Positions 1 through 10,304 of a DNA stretch of 64,000 nucleotides are shown one piece after another (the stretch's first letter is position 1; every line of letters starts with the position of its first letter). The stretch lies in NCBI GenBank assembly GCA_963556065.3, contig CAUVYH020000001.1, forward strand, positions 8,446 to 72,445, given 5' to 3'. The position numbers and the translations under genes are program-made. Source of the DNA: Bacteroidales bacterium (lineage in GTDB: Bacteria; Bacteroidota; Bacteroidia; Bacteroidales; WCHB1-69). Below the pieces are notes generated by a model, which worked only from the letters and a program-made list of their open reading frames with translations, ran no database searches and had not been told where the DNA came from.

Positions 1-1711
1 CCGCAATGACTTTGTACGTAATTTGTGGCATTGATATTTATGCTGATGGGAGCCGTTATCGCTTCACCCACACAAGATCCCGTTTGAACAAACCCTTGAA
101 TGGAGGCATGATTCGAAACCGGAATGTGACTAATTTGACCGATACCATTCATGGATCCATAAATATTAATTTGGCTGGCACAATTTGAATTTGCCAAAAT
201 TGCACAATCTTCTGTAACCTTAATTCTGTAAGTGAGTATTCCTAATAAATCATTTGGATTTGAGGGGAGAGGAAGTGTTCCTATTTTCCAGACAATTGAA
301 CCATTTGCGCCCAAAGTCGGATCAAAGTATTGGTTATTTGGAGTAGGAGCAGGAGTATAAAACACTTGTCTGCTACTGCTAACATACGATGTTGCAAAAG
401 GAATTGGGATTATTAATACCGCACTATCAATTGGCTCTGTCCCTTTATTCCGTATGTCCATTTTTAATTCAATTTCATTTCCAGGCAATGCAACTAAAGG
501 GTTTCCGGAAACGTAAGTGGTGTTGTTAATACTTTGAACTATATTTTGTGATTCGGGCGTTGGGATGTAAGCATCAACGGCCATTGCCATCATAAAAATA
601 ATATATGTATCTTGCGTTGATCCATATCTAAAGGTTGCCGATGTTTGATTGTTTTTAACGACAGAATTACCTGCATTGGGTATTGAAAACATGCTGATGT
701 CAAGTCCCGTATTGTTGACCAAATTGGGATTTCTGGAATTTCCACCGGTATATATTGAACTGTTGAAGAAATTATTCGTGCTATTTCCGGTATGATTCAA
801 TGCCACCCAATTTGTATTAGAATGATCCCGAATCTGAAAATAATCTCCGGAAATTCCACGATCGCCTTCCCCGGCAATAAGACCAAGTTTCATATTAACA
901 TTCCCGTTTTGTATGGTATTAAACCCCGAAACAGGCAAGGTGTAATCAATCGTAGTGCTTCCAGCAACATAAGCATGTCCATCAAAAATTGTCACATCAC
1001 GCCAATTCATTTTTGAATTTTCATACACAACAATCATTGCCCATCCTCCATAGTAACCGGTTCCGCCGCCATTTCCCTCTTTAAGAGCTAGATTCGCCAC
1101 AAAATATTCACCCAAGCCATGTTGACGAACATAATCGGTTACTTCTGCATAAGCAGAATACATTTGACCGTCGGTAGAATTTGGATAATAAATATTACTT
1201 GGGGGATGCCGTAATAGAGATATATGAAGAAGCACTCGGGCCCTTTTAATAAAACTTTTTGCTTGTTTAACATCACAGAAGTACCGTTTTTCGTGACCAG
1301 AAATGTATCCGGACTTGTTCCGCCGTCTTGCGCTCTTCCGGTCCAATACAATCCTGCAAAAATGATATTTGAACAACTTGGAATAGCTCCATTCTCCGTG
1401 GAAAGCTGCAAAGTAGATGAAGACGAATTAACGGTACTGTTATTTCCATCAATATCCACATAAGCCATAGAATTATTATTGCTGGTATTATCTCCGTAGT
1501 TTACAAGCGTTAAATTCGTATTTCCCATTAAAGCAAAATCACCTTTTATGTTATATACAGTTTTGGTCGGGGTGTAAACAGACGTTCTCTGCGAAAAAGG
1601 AACGATCACTTGTGCACTCAAAAAAACGGGGAGTGAAAATAACAAAATAAACCCGAGTAAAAGGGTCGTTAAAATGCTATTTCTTTTATGATTCTGATAT
1701 CTATTTTTCAT
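1..1711 (-). pseudogene. Large secreted adhesin-like surface protein, N-terminal ~570 codons. The gene runs off the window start and its frame is broken twice.
   Basis: ORF 1139..1711 has a signal peptide (LLLGFILLFSLPVFLSAQ) followed by N/T/S-rich beta-type sequence. After ...KQKVLLKGP the listed ORF becomes junk (ECFFIYLYY...). Manual translation: the next frame gives GPSASSYISITASP, and the third frame gives SNIYYPNSTDGQMYSAYAEVTDYVRQHGLGEYFVANLALKEGNGGGTGYYGGWAMIVVYENSKMNWRDVTIFDGHAYV..., which stays open to position 1. The shifts lie at homopolymer runs 1238-1247 and 1201-1205. Confidence 0.7.
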
Positions 1712-1749
1712 ACTATTTCTTTTTTAATATTATTAATTTCTCATTTACA

Positions 1750-2292
1750 TTATTCCGGTATCTCTATTGAATAAAGTACTGCAACCCTTGAATCGGGAAC
1801 ATATAAAGCATCAATGCTATCTGGCGAAATGCTATATGAAAACACAAATTGAATGTATTGCAACGATTTAAAATGAGCCAATAAAGGAATGTTTAATATC
1901 GTTTTAGCTTGTGTTGAACTGAGAACCCTGATTTTTAAAAATTCTACTTTTTCAAAAATTGAATTTTTAAAATAAAGTATGGAAATATCTGAAATCTCCA
2001 ATTCTCCAACCAATGGTTTCCCTTCACCAATGGTTTTTACTTCGCGATTAATAATATAAATGGCGGGCTGAATCTCATAAACCAATTTTCTTAAATTTTC
2101 CGCTTTTATTTGGTCTAATGAAGTAGTTGATCTTTGTAATAGTTGAATCGTTTGATGTAACTCTTTCGTGTTTTGCGAAAAAACCGTTACACTTGCTAAA
2201 GTAATTATTATTAAAACTGACAAAAAAAACACGACCGGTTTTTGTACACGATTCAATGTCCTCTTACAAACTTGTAATAGTGACGTTTTCAT
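1750..2292 (-). CDS. Hypothetical membrane-anchored protein upstream of the adhesin gene
   Basis: ATG-initiated 180-aa ORF with one N-terminal hydrophobic helix (VVFFLSVLIIITLASVTVF). It is 38 nt upstream of, and co-directional with, the adhesin-like gene. No recognisable domain. Confidence 0.5.
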   Translation of the reverse strand: MKTSLLQVCKRTLNRVQKPVVFFLSVLIIITLASVTVFSQNTKELHQTIQLLQRSTTSLDQIKAENLRKLVYEIQPAIYIINREVKTIGEGKPLVGELEISDISILYFKNSIFEKVEFLKIRVLSSTQAKTILNIPLLAHFKSLQYIQFVFSYSISPDSIDALYVPDSRVAVLYSIEIPE

Positions 2293-2779
2293 ACATTATT
2301 TGTTTTTGGTTAAATACTATTTCCCTTAATTCAGCTAAGCTTTTTTTAAATTGAATGTAGCTCCCTGCAACTTCCAAAATCTATTTTTCCCTTAACTTAT
2401 CTTGCTATAACAGAAAATACTTATTCTTGTTTAGACTAATTACACATAATAAACAATGCAAGTCTTAATTATTGAAACTACCTAAGTATATATATTTGAT
2501 ATACATCCACTTACACAAATATGTTAAATATATTGATTCACAATTATTTAACAAACGAAAGAGATAAATTCGTAAAACAATCTAATATCTGAGTCATTAT
2601 TCTACGGTCAAAAAAGATGATTTTCATGGAATAATTCCGGACATCGAAATTCTTTCGGAAAAGGCATTGGATTATACTCTGGGTAAAGTTATCAGAGAAC
2701 GATAACAGTTTTTATAAATTTTAACAAGTTTCTTTCTCTGTTTTTTCTAAATTTGTTTGCTCTAACTAAATTATCAAGC

Positions 2780-4711
2780 ATGCATAGTCTTTCTAAACTC
2801 CTATTAAGTTCGCTTATTCTTTGTGCGACATTTTCAACGAAAGCCCAAATTAACAACCAAGAAGATGCTATTTCCGTGGAGCAGCAGCTTGCAAAAAGCC
2901 CATTTTCGGAGCAAAAACAAAGCTATCCGCAGCTCATTTCTTATTATTCCAGAAACTCACTCGAAAAAGCACTTAATTTATCCAAACGCTTTGTTGCCGA
3001 AGCAAAAAAACAAAATGATAAACGTGCAGTTGCCGATGGACTCAACTTATTGGGAAGAACCAACATTCGAATGGGAAATTTCGCAGAAGCCAAGCAAATT
3101 CATGTAGAGGCATTATTCACTTATAAAGCACTTGAGAATGACACCGGCGTAGCTGCCCAATATGGAAATCTTGGTGTAATTTACGAGATGAGTGGCGACT
3201 TTCCAAAAGCATTATTCTTTTATCAACGTGCATTAAAAACCTACGAAAAAATTAAGGACATAAAAAGCATTGCTTTCGCCGAAAATAACATTGGTATTGT
3301 ATATCAGCAAATGAATCTTTTCGACCAATCTTTTTTATACCAGCAAAAAGCGTTCGCACACAAACGTGAACAGAACGATACTTCCGGAATGGCTTCTACC
3401 CTGAATAACATCGGAGTGATTTATGAGTCTTTAAAAACGGACTACGAAAAAGCGCTGTTTTACTACAGCCAGGCACTCCTTCTCTACGAAAAAACAAATA
3501 ACAACCTTCAAATCGGAACAATCCTCAACAACATCGGACTGGTGTATTTGAAGCAAAACAAACTTGCCGAAGCAGATCAGAACTTGATAAACGCCTTAAA
3601 AATAAGGGAATCAATAAATGACAAAAACGGCATTGCTTCTACTTTATTGAATCTGGCTCAACTCTCGATAAAGCAAAATCAACCGAAAACAGCGATTGAA
3701 AGAGCTTCAAAAAGTGTTAACTTATACCTAGCCATTGGAGCTAAAACAAAGCTTGCCGAAGCTTATCAAACCCTAGCCGACGGATACGAAAAAACCCGGA
3801 ATTATAGCTTAGCCCTAGCAAGTTATAAAAGTCATATTGCTTATCGTGATTCTGTTTTTAATGAAAGCAATCAAAAATCAATTCACGAAATGCAAGCCAA
3901 ATACGACTACGAGGTCAATCAAAAGCAGATGAAGATCTTGGAAAAAGAAAACGAGCTGAAATCGAAACAATTATCGCAAAATCGTTGGATTCTCATTAAC
4001 ATTCTTATTCTGTTTTCATTAGTATCGGCATTTGTTGTTTTTTATATTCGTCAAAGTCGCCTTAAACAGCGTAATCGCCAGCTTAACATAGAACATAAAC
4101 TATTCAGGGCACAAATGAATCCGCATTTTATCTTTAATGCGCTGGCATCGGTACAAAAGTTTATACTCGACAACAGCAAAGAACAGGGAAGTTCATACAT
4201 TACCCGCTTTGGCCGTTTGATGAGAAAAACACTGGAAAACTCAACCCGAGAGTTTGTCCCCTTAAGTGAAGAACTGGAAATACTCGAAGATTACATCGCG
4301 TTTCAACAGTTACGTTTTAATAACAAATTCTCCATTCATTTCAACATTGATTCCTCAATTGAAAGCGAAATAATCGGAGTCCCACCGATGCTTATCCAAC
4401 CCTTTATCGAAAATGCCATCGAACACGGAGTTGCATCCATCGATCGTGGAATAATTGTTATCGATTTAAAGCTAAACCAAAATCACCTATCGGTAAAAAT
4501 CACCGATAACGGTGTGGGAATAAATCATCGGGAAAAGCCCAAAGATCCGAATCATAAATCGCTGGCAATTCAAATCATCAAAGAGCGGTTAAAAATATTA
4601 TCAAAAGCATCGAAAACCAGCTCTGAAATTAGCATTACCGATCTCTCTTTGATAAATACAGATAAAACGGGAACCGAAATTGCTTTTGAAATGCCCCTTG
4701 GACCGGTATAA
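2780..4711 (+). CDS. TPR-repeat sensor histidine kinase, LytS/YehU type
   Basis: The track start at 2753 is TTG. The first ATG (2780) gives MHSLSKLLLSSLILCATFSTKAQ. Repeated TPR-like units (e.g. LGVIYEMSGDFPKALFFYQRALKTYEK), one TM helix (WILINILILFSLVSAFVVFYI), the His_kinase signature FRAQMNPHFIFNALASVQKFI and an ATPase core (ITDNGVGI). Confidence 0.85.
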   Translation: MHSLSKLLLSSLILCATFSTKAQINNQEDAISVEQQLAKSPFSEQKQSYPQLISYYSRNSLEKALNLSKRFVAEAKKQNDKRAVADGLNLLGRTNIRMGNFAEAKQIHVEALFTYKALENDTGVAAQYGNLGVIYEMSGDFPKALFFYQRALKTYEKIKDIKSIAFAENNIGIVYQQMNLFDQSFLYQQKAFAHKREQNDTSGMASTLNNIGVIYESLKTDYEKALFYYSQALLLYEKTNNNLQIGTILNNIGLVYLKQNKLAEADQNLINALKIRESINDKNGIASTLLNLAQLSIKQNQPKTAIERASKSVNLYLAIGAKTKLAEAYQTLADGYEKTRNYSLALASYKSHIAYRDSVFNESNQKSIHEMQAKYDYEVNQKQMKILEKENELKSKQLSQNRWILINILILFSLVSAFVVFYIRQSRLKQRNRQLNIEHKLFRAQMNPHFIFNALASVQKFILDNSKEQGSSYITRFGRLMRKTLENSTREFVPLSEELEILEDYIAFQQLRFNNKFSIHFNIDSSIESEIIGVPPMLIQPFIENAIEHGVASIDRGIIVIDLKLNQNHLSVKITDNGVGINHREKPKDPNHKSLAIQIIKERLKILSKASKTSSEISITDLSLINTDKTGTEIAFEMPLGPV

Positions 4712-4823
4712 AAGAATCCAGGTTAAAATAAGCGAAAATCACCGGATGCTGTTTTGTTGAAAAATGCCTCGAAAGTTAACACCTGCACTTGTAATATTTT
4801 GTTATTTTTGTAAATTAAAATGA

Positions 4824-5576
4824 ATGCCTGTGAAAATAGCAATTATTGACGACGAAAAACATTTGATAAACCGGACAATCGAGATAATACAACAGCACTT
4901 TCCCCTTTTCGAAATTGTGGGTACTGCCGGAACCGTAGAAGAGGCAATCGTCCTAATTGCTAACACTCAACCACAGATTGTTTTACTCGATATTCACCTG
5001 AGCGACGGTACCGGATTCGATCTAATTCAACGCCTATTTCCCATAAATTTTAAAATTATATTTATTACTGCTCATGAGCAATTCGCTATTAAAGCCTTCA
5101 AATTTAGCGCATTAGATTACATTTTAAAACCATTCGACGACGACGATTTAGTAAATGCCATTAATCGTGCTTCATCTCAAGTAACAAAAGAAAACACTGA
5201 TTTAACGATAGAAGCATTGTTGTCAAATATTAAAATCGGTTCGAAAGATGTAAAAAAAATCGTATTAAAAACCAATGACAGCATTTACGTTGTACGTATA
5301 AATGAAATTATTCGACTTGAATCGGATGGAGCTTATACCCAATTTTTCTTCCACGACAGGCAAAAAGTGTTGGTCTCGAAAAACCTTAAAGAATTTGAAG
5401 ACATCTTGTGTGATTATGGTTTTTTCAGAATTCATCAATCACATTTAATCAACACGGAATACCTTATCCGATATCAAAAAGGAGATGGTGGCTTTGTTAT
5501 TATGAAAGACGGATCGATGCCTCCCGTTTCAGTGAGAAAAAAAGAACTCCTTATTGATTACCTAAATCAAATATAA
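4824..5576 (+). CDS. LytTR-family response regulator
   Basis: Receiver domain (IAIIDDE...VLLDIHLSDGTGFDL...DYILKPF) followed by a LytTR DNA-binding domain (FFRIHQSHLINTEYL). Lies directly downstream of the LytS-type kinase. Confidence 0.9.
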   Translation: MPVKIAIIDDEKHLINRTIEIIQQHFPLFEIVGTAGTVEEAIVLIANTQPQIVLLDIHLSDGTGFDLIQRLFPINFKIIFITAHEQFAIKAFKFSALDYILKPFDDDDLVNAINRASSQVTKENTDLTIEALLSNIKIGSKDVKKIVLKTNDSIYVVRINEIIRLESDGAYTQFFFHDRQKVLVSKNLKEFEDILCDYGFFRIHQSHLINTEYLIRYQKGDGGFVIMKDGSMPPVSVRKKELLIDYLNQI

Positions 5577-5675
5577 AATTTATAACCCCGCTTATAAACC
5601 CACCAACCTCTAATATAATTATTGAATAGCCCGCTCGATTTGAATGCGTTATTTTTGCAGTATATCTGTAAAAAT

Positions 5676-8075
5676 ATGAATAATATGAAAAGAGCATTTC
5701 TCTCGCTACTTTTAGGCCTATGCCTAAACTCTGTTATTGGGCAATCCGGAAACATTGATACCTCATTCCATATCGGAACCGGTTTCTCGGCAACAGTCAC
5801 AGCAATAGCAAAACAACCAGATAATAAAATTATTGTTGGTGGATTATTTACTTCATACAATGGTACAAGTTATAAATCTTTGGTTCGCCTTAAACCAAAT
5901 GGCACTATTGATTCTACTTTTCATGTTGGCACAAATGGAATTAATGGAACCATTAAATCAATTTATGTTCTTCCTGATACTTCTATTATCGTTGCTGGAG
6001 GTATTTCTATGGTTAACACAACAAGTGTTTATGGAATTGTGAAATTAGATAAAAATGGAAATATCGATCCCTCGTTTAACATATCAAACAGTCTAGACGG
6101 AGGGATTAATGCAATGGATGTTGATGTTCTTACTGGAAAAATATATATCGGCGGAAACTTCACCACCGTCAATGGCACACCAAGCAAACACATCGCCCGA
6201 TTGTTGCCCAACGGTGATTTGGACAACTCGTTTGTCGTTGGGAGCGGATTTACGGGAATGTTTGGCAGTGCACCAGTATATTCTCTACTCGTTCAAGCAG
6301 ACCAAAAACTTTTAGTGGGTGGTGATTTTATGTATTATCAAGGATTAATTGCATCAAAACTTTGTAGAATTAAACAAAATGGAGACGTGGATACTGCTTT
6401 TGTAACCAATCTAAGTTCTGGTTTTGATAATATTATACGTGCCATTGAACAAATGGCTGATGGAAAAATTCTTGTTGGAGGCGATTTTACGGTTTGTCAA
6501 GGAAGCACATACAACAAAATTGCATGCTTAAATAGTGATGGTTCTCCAAATACTTCTTTTGATGTTGCGGGAGGACCTTCTGGATCTGTATATTCACTGA
6601 AAAAAACGCCTAACAACAAAATCATGGTGGGTGGCTCTTTTAACTTCTTTAATGGGGTCATGGATCGTGCATTAGTTAGAATTAATGCCAATGGAACTCG
6701 AGATGCTAATTTTGCCACTGGTACTGGTTTCACTCAAACGGGCAATGCCCCAATAGTTTATGCTACTTATGTTTCAACCGATTCAAGTGTTTTTGCTGGT
6801 GGTTATTTCGATAAATATCAAGATAGTTCTTATCTTAACATTGTTAAAATTGTAGGTAAAGGAAATTCAACATTAACCATTCCAACGTTAACTACAAATA
6901 TTCCAACTTTAATTACCAACAACAGTGCAAAATTTTGGGGTGAAGTAATCGATAACGGAAATAGTGCAATTTTAGAAAATGGTGTTTGCTGGTCAACTTC
7001 AGCCAATCCTTCAATTTCAGATAATTTTGCATCTACCTCAATAGGAAGCAATGCTTTTAATCTGTTTGTTTATAATTTACAAGATACAACTCGGTATTAT
7101 GTTAGGGCATATGCTCGAAACAGTGAAGGGTATGGTTACGGCGATGAAATAACTTTTAAAACCCGCAGTAACGAAAACTACACTTGTGGAGAAGTAACTT
7201 TTACATATAATGGTATCCCTGTTACTTACGGAACAGTAAAAGGAAAATATGGCAGATGTTGGTTGGATCGCGACTTAGGATCTTCACGCGTTGCCGAATC
7301 AGCAAATGATGCTTTAGCAAAAGGAGATTATTTTCAATGGGGAAGATTAGCAGATGGACATCAATTATACGGTTCAGATACCACTTCGGAACTTTCAACA
7401 ACTTCTAATCCAGGACACAGCAAGTTTATTGTTTCGCCTAATGCTCCCAATAACTGGATGACCACAGACGATAACAGCTTATGGGAGGGCTTAAATGCTC
7501 CAAACAATCCTTGTCCAAGTGGTTGGAGAATTCCTACTCAATCTGAATTTTTAGAAGAAATGAGTATTTGGGAAGACAACACAATTAATGGAGCTTTTAA
7601 TTCTTCATTAAGATTACATTATACAGGAGCTCGCTCATACAATCTTGGAGGTGGATATCCTATAAATACCTTAGCTGTATATTGGACATCAAGTGCATCA
7701 AATGATAACGCTAAATTACTATCTATTGAACCAAGTGTGACAGCTGTTATTGCAAATGGTAAAAAAGCATTTGGAGCAAGTGTAAGATGTATTAAAGATT
7801 ATACCGTTGGAATTGAAGAATCAAAATTACAAAACTCCACTTTATCTATTTATCCTAATCCAGCAAATAGTAGCATTACAATAAATTACTCGGGTGATTT
7901 AAGTGAAACAACAAGTTTTGCCATTAGTAATTATTTAGGACAAGAATTGTTGCGAGGCACACTTTTATCAAATACTACGACAATTAATGTGGGTAATCTT
8001 TCGAATGGTATTTATTTTGTCAAAATCCGAACAAATAAAAACCAAGAGATTCAACGTTTAGTAATTCAAAAATAA
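5676..8075 (+). CDS. T9SS-secreted protein: delta-60-type beta-propeller repeats, FISUMP-like domain and T9SS C-terminal sorting domain
   Basis: The track start at 5622 is TTG. ATG 5676 gives the signal peptide MNNMKRAFLSLLLGLCLNSVIGQ. Roughly 50-aa repeats with the motif NG.(I/L)D.SF. Also CWLDRDLG...YFQWGR...CPSGWRIPTQSEF (Fibrobacter-succinogenes-paralogous-type domain). C-terminus LSIYPNPANSSITINY...GIYFVKIRTNKNQEIQRLVIQK. Confidence 0.8.
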   Translation: MNNMKRAFLSLLLGLCLNSVIGQSGNIDTSFHIGTGFSATVTAIAKQPDNKIIVGGLFTSYNGTSYKSLVRLKPNGTIDSTFHVGTNGINGTIKSIYVLPDTSIIVAGGISMVNTTSVYGIVKLDKNGNIDPSFNISNSLDGGINAMDVDVLTGKIYIGGNFTTVNGTPSKHIARLLPNGDLDNSFVVGSGFTGMFGSAPVYSLLVQADQKLLVGGDFMYYQGLIASKLCRIKQNGDVDTAFVTNLSSGFDNIIRAIEQMADGKILVGGDFTVCQGSTYNKIACLNSDGSPNTSFDVAGGPSGSVYSLKKTPNNKIMVGGSFNFFNGVMDRALVRINANGTRDANFATGTGFTQTGNAPIVYATYVSTDSSVFAGGYFDKYQDSSYLNIVKIVGKGNSTLTIPTLTTNIPTLITNNSAKFWGEVIDNGNSAILENGVCWSTSANPSISDNFASTSIGSNAFNLFVYNLQDTTRYYVRAYARNSEGYGYGDEITFKTRSNENYTCGEVTFTYNGIPVTYGTVKGKYGRCWLDRDLGSSRVAESANDALAKGDYFQWGRLADGHQLYGSDTTSELSTTSNPGHSKFIVSPNAPNNWMTTDDNSLWEGLNAPNNPCPSGWRIPTQSEFLEEMSIWEDNTINGAFNSSLRLHYTGARSYNLGGGYPINTLAVYWTSSASNDNAKLLSIEPSVTAVIANGKKAFGASVRCIKDYTVGIEESKLQNSTLSIYPNPANSSITINYSGDLSETTSFAISNYLGQELLRGTLLSNTTTINVGNLSNGIYFVKIRTNKNQEIQRLVIQK

Positions 8076-8147
8076 TGATCAAAAGTCAACTTTATTTTAA
8101 TCACTGATTGAATTAAATTGACTTTCACATTTTTAAAACTATCTTTT

Positions 8148-9443
8148 ATGAAAAAAACAGCAATTTTACTTATCACATTATTAATTTCTGTCTTTGGTTT
8201 TTCTCAAATTACATTAGATAAAGTAGTCAAAAAAACAGAAAAAAAAGTAAACCAAAGAGTAGAAAAAAAAGTGGATAAAACCATCGACAAAGGTTTGGAT
8301 AAAGCCGAAGAAGGCATTGATAATTCGACAAAAACGACCAAAAATTCAAAACCAAAAACAGAAGCAAAAAACGAAACAACGCCAAAGGAAACAAAGCCTT
8401 CAAATACAAATTCGGAAGTCAAAACCCCACCAACAAGTCAGGATAAGCCAACATTGACATGGGCAAAATACGACTTTGTTCCCGGCACAGAGATTATTTT
8501 CGAAGACAATCAAGAAGGCGAACAAAACGGTGAGTTCCCAAGCAAATGGGATTTGGTTCAAGGTAATTTTGAAAATGCAAACTTTGATGGTTCAAACGTA
8601 ATTTATCATATTAAATGCAATATGAACGGTGGCGGTGGTGTTACTCCTATGATGAAAAATAATAAAGAGGATTATCTTCCCGAAGAATTCACCATTGAGT
8701 TTGACGCTTATTTTAGCGAAAATCATGGAGGACATTATATCATATACTTATTAGACTATAAAAATCAAAGAAACCTAGATAAAACCATTCCAATAACTAA
8801 AAAATGGATTCGTATTTACAAAAATAGTGTAAACGGTGAAAATATTGAACAAAATTACTATCCAGGATATAAATCTGACATGTTTGATAAAACTCCAAAA
8901 TGGAGACATGTTGCCATTTCTTTCAACAAAAGGGCTTTAAAAGTTTATTTGGACGATGCTAGAGTCCTAAATATTCCAAATTTAGGATACAATCCTACCG
9001 GATTTACAATAGGGAAACAAACGGTCGATGGAAAAGACCCAGGATACACCAAAAACTTCCGCTTTGCAAAAGGGGCAGTGCCTTTATATGACAAACTTCT
9101 TACCGATGGAAAATTTGTAACCACAGGGATAAAATTTGATGTAAATAAAGCTACATTGAAGCCAGAATCAATAGGAACAATCAATTATATTTTAAAAATG
9201 ATGCAAGATCATCCTGAATTAAAATTCAGTGTTGAAGGGCACACCGACAGCGATGGCGATGATTCAGCGAACCTAAAATTATCCGAAGCACGTGCAAAAG
9301 TGGTTATGGATAAATTAATAGAACTTGGGATTTCGAAAGATCGTTTGACCTACAAAGGTTTAGGCGAAAGCAAACCATTGGTTGCCAACGACACTCCCGA
9401 AAACAAAGCACAAAACCGCAGAGTTGAATTCGTAAAATTTTAA
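8148..9443 (+). CDS. OmpA-family protein with K/E-rich N-terminal region and LamG-like middle domain
   Basis: ATG 8148 gives MKKTAILLITLLISVFGFSQ. C-terminal OmpA_C motif FSVEGHTDSDGDDSANLKLSEARAKVV...NRRVEFVKF. Paralog of 24386..25721. Confidence 0.85.
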   Translation: MKKTAILLITLLISVFGFSQITLDKVVKKTEKKVNQRVEKKVDKTIDKGLDKAEEGIDNSTKTTKNSKPKTEAKNETTPKETKPSNTNSEVKTPPTSQDKPTLTWAKYDFVPGTEIIFEDNQEGEQNGEFPSKWDLVQGNFENANFDGSNVIYHIKCNMNGGGGVTPMMKNNKEDYLPEEFTIEFDAYFSENHGGHYIIYLLDYKNQRNLDKTIPITKKWIRIYKNSVNGENIEQNYYPGYKSDMFDKTPKWRHVAISFNKRALKVYLDDARVLNIPNLGYNPTGFTIGKQTVDGKDPGYTKNFRFAKGAVPLYDKLLTDGKFVTTGIKFDVNKATLKPESIGTINYILKMMQDHPELKFSVEGHTDSDGDDSANLKLSEARAKVVMDKLIELGISKDRLTYKGLGESKPLVANDTPENKAQNRRVEFVKF

Positions 9444-9447
9444 ACCC

Positions 9448-10200
9448 ATGAAAAAAATAATCTTAGTAATTTGTTTTGCACTCTCTTTAGGTTTCGCAAA
9501 CGCTCAAAAATCTCCTTTTTTAATCTCTTCGGATGATTTTCAATCGAATACTAAAGCAAAAACTCCATTAGGATATGCCAATGTAAGTATCGAAATTGAT
9601 GATGATTCTTACGTGGCTATGTATAAAAAAGCTTCCGATTTTCTGTTTGTAAGGCTATACAAACTTGACCATTTTAATCAACATAAAACATTTTCGAAAA
9701 ACTCCACTCAACTTTCAGGCATATATCAACTCGAAAATTGCAATGCTGTCTATTTTCAAAAAGATGGAGTTTCAATTCTTTATCTTGAACTTTTAGCCAT
9801 AAATGCCAGTGTTGAAGTTTCTGCAAAAAAACCGCTTTCAAAAACAGATATGGAAAAAATTATTGCAGAATTGGGTGTTATTACATGGAAAAATTCGAAT
9901 AAAGCCAGTTGGCCATCCGAAATTACGATTGCTCAACAACTTGAGGGTGTTCTCATATCCATCGAAAAGCAAAATCCAAGTACCGATGGATATATCTATG
10001 AATACCATGTTAAAGTACAATACAGTCAAAAGTTGGTTCAGTCTGTGGAACGTATTTTGGCTAAATATGGTGGCAGTATTGATGCTGTTGACATGGAGAA
10101 ATTTACCTTTATTTGTGCTTCTACTGATAGTATGAATGCCTTAAAAAAAGAGTTTAAAGAAGGTGAAATAATAGATTTTATTTACTATCGGAAACAATAA
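9448..10200 (+). CDS. Hypothetical secreted protein
   Basis: Signal peptide MKKIILVICFALSLGFANAQ. Starts 4 nt after the OmpA-family gene. No recognisable domain. Confidence 0.6.
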   Translation: MKKIILVICFALSLGFANAQKSPFLISSDDFQSNTKAKTPLGYANVSIEIDDDSYVAMYKKASDFLFVRLYKLDHFNQHKTFSKNSTQLSGIYQLENCNAVYFQKDGVSILYLELLAINASVEVSAKKPLSKTDMEKIIAELGVITWKNSNKASWPSEITIAQQLEGVLISIEKQNPSTDGYIYEYHVKVQYSQKLVQSVERILAKYGGSIDAVDMEKFTFICASTDSMNALKKEFKEGEIIDFIYYRKQ

Positions 10201-10304
10201 TTGAGATAATTTTCGATTCACTTTTTAGATTTAAGTGTTTCCCAAATTTCTTTTTGTAAATACAAGATTTGTCAATTATTACACATTAATTAAACAACAA
10301 ATAA

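Noticed and set aside
6-1016. Plus-strand ORFs 6..188 and 792..1016
   Set aside because: They are antisense to the continuous minus-strand adhesin-like reading frame that spans 1..1200.
1139-1240. C-terminal tail of track ORF 1139..1711 (ECFFIYLYYGIPQVIFIIQILPTVKCILLMQK)
   Set aside because: This is out-of-frame read-through after a homopolymer frameshift. The other frames continue the adhesin-like sequence convincingly.
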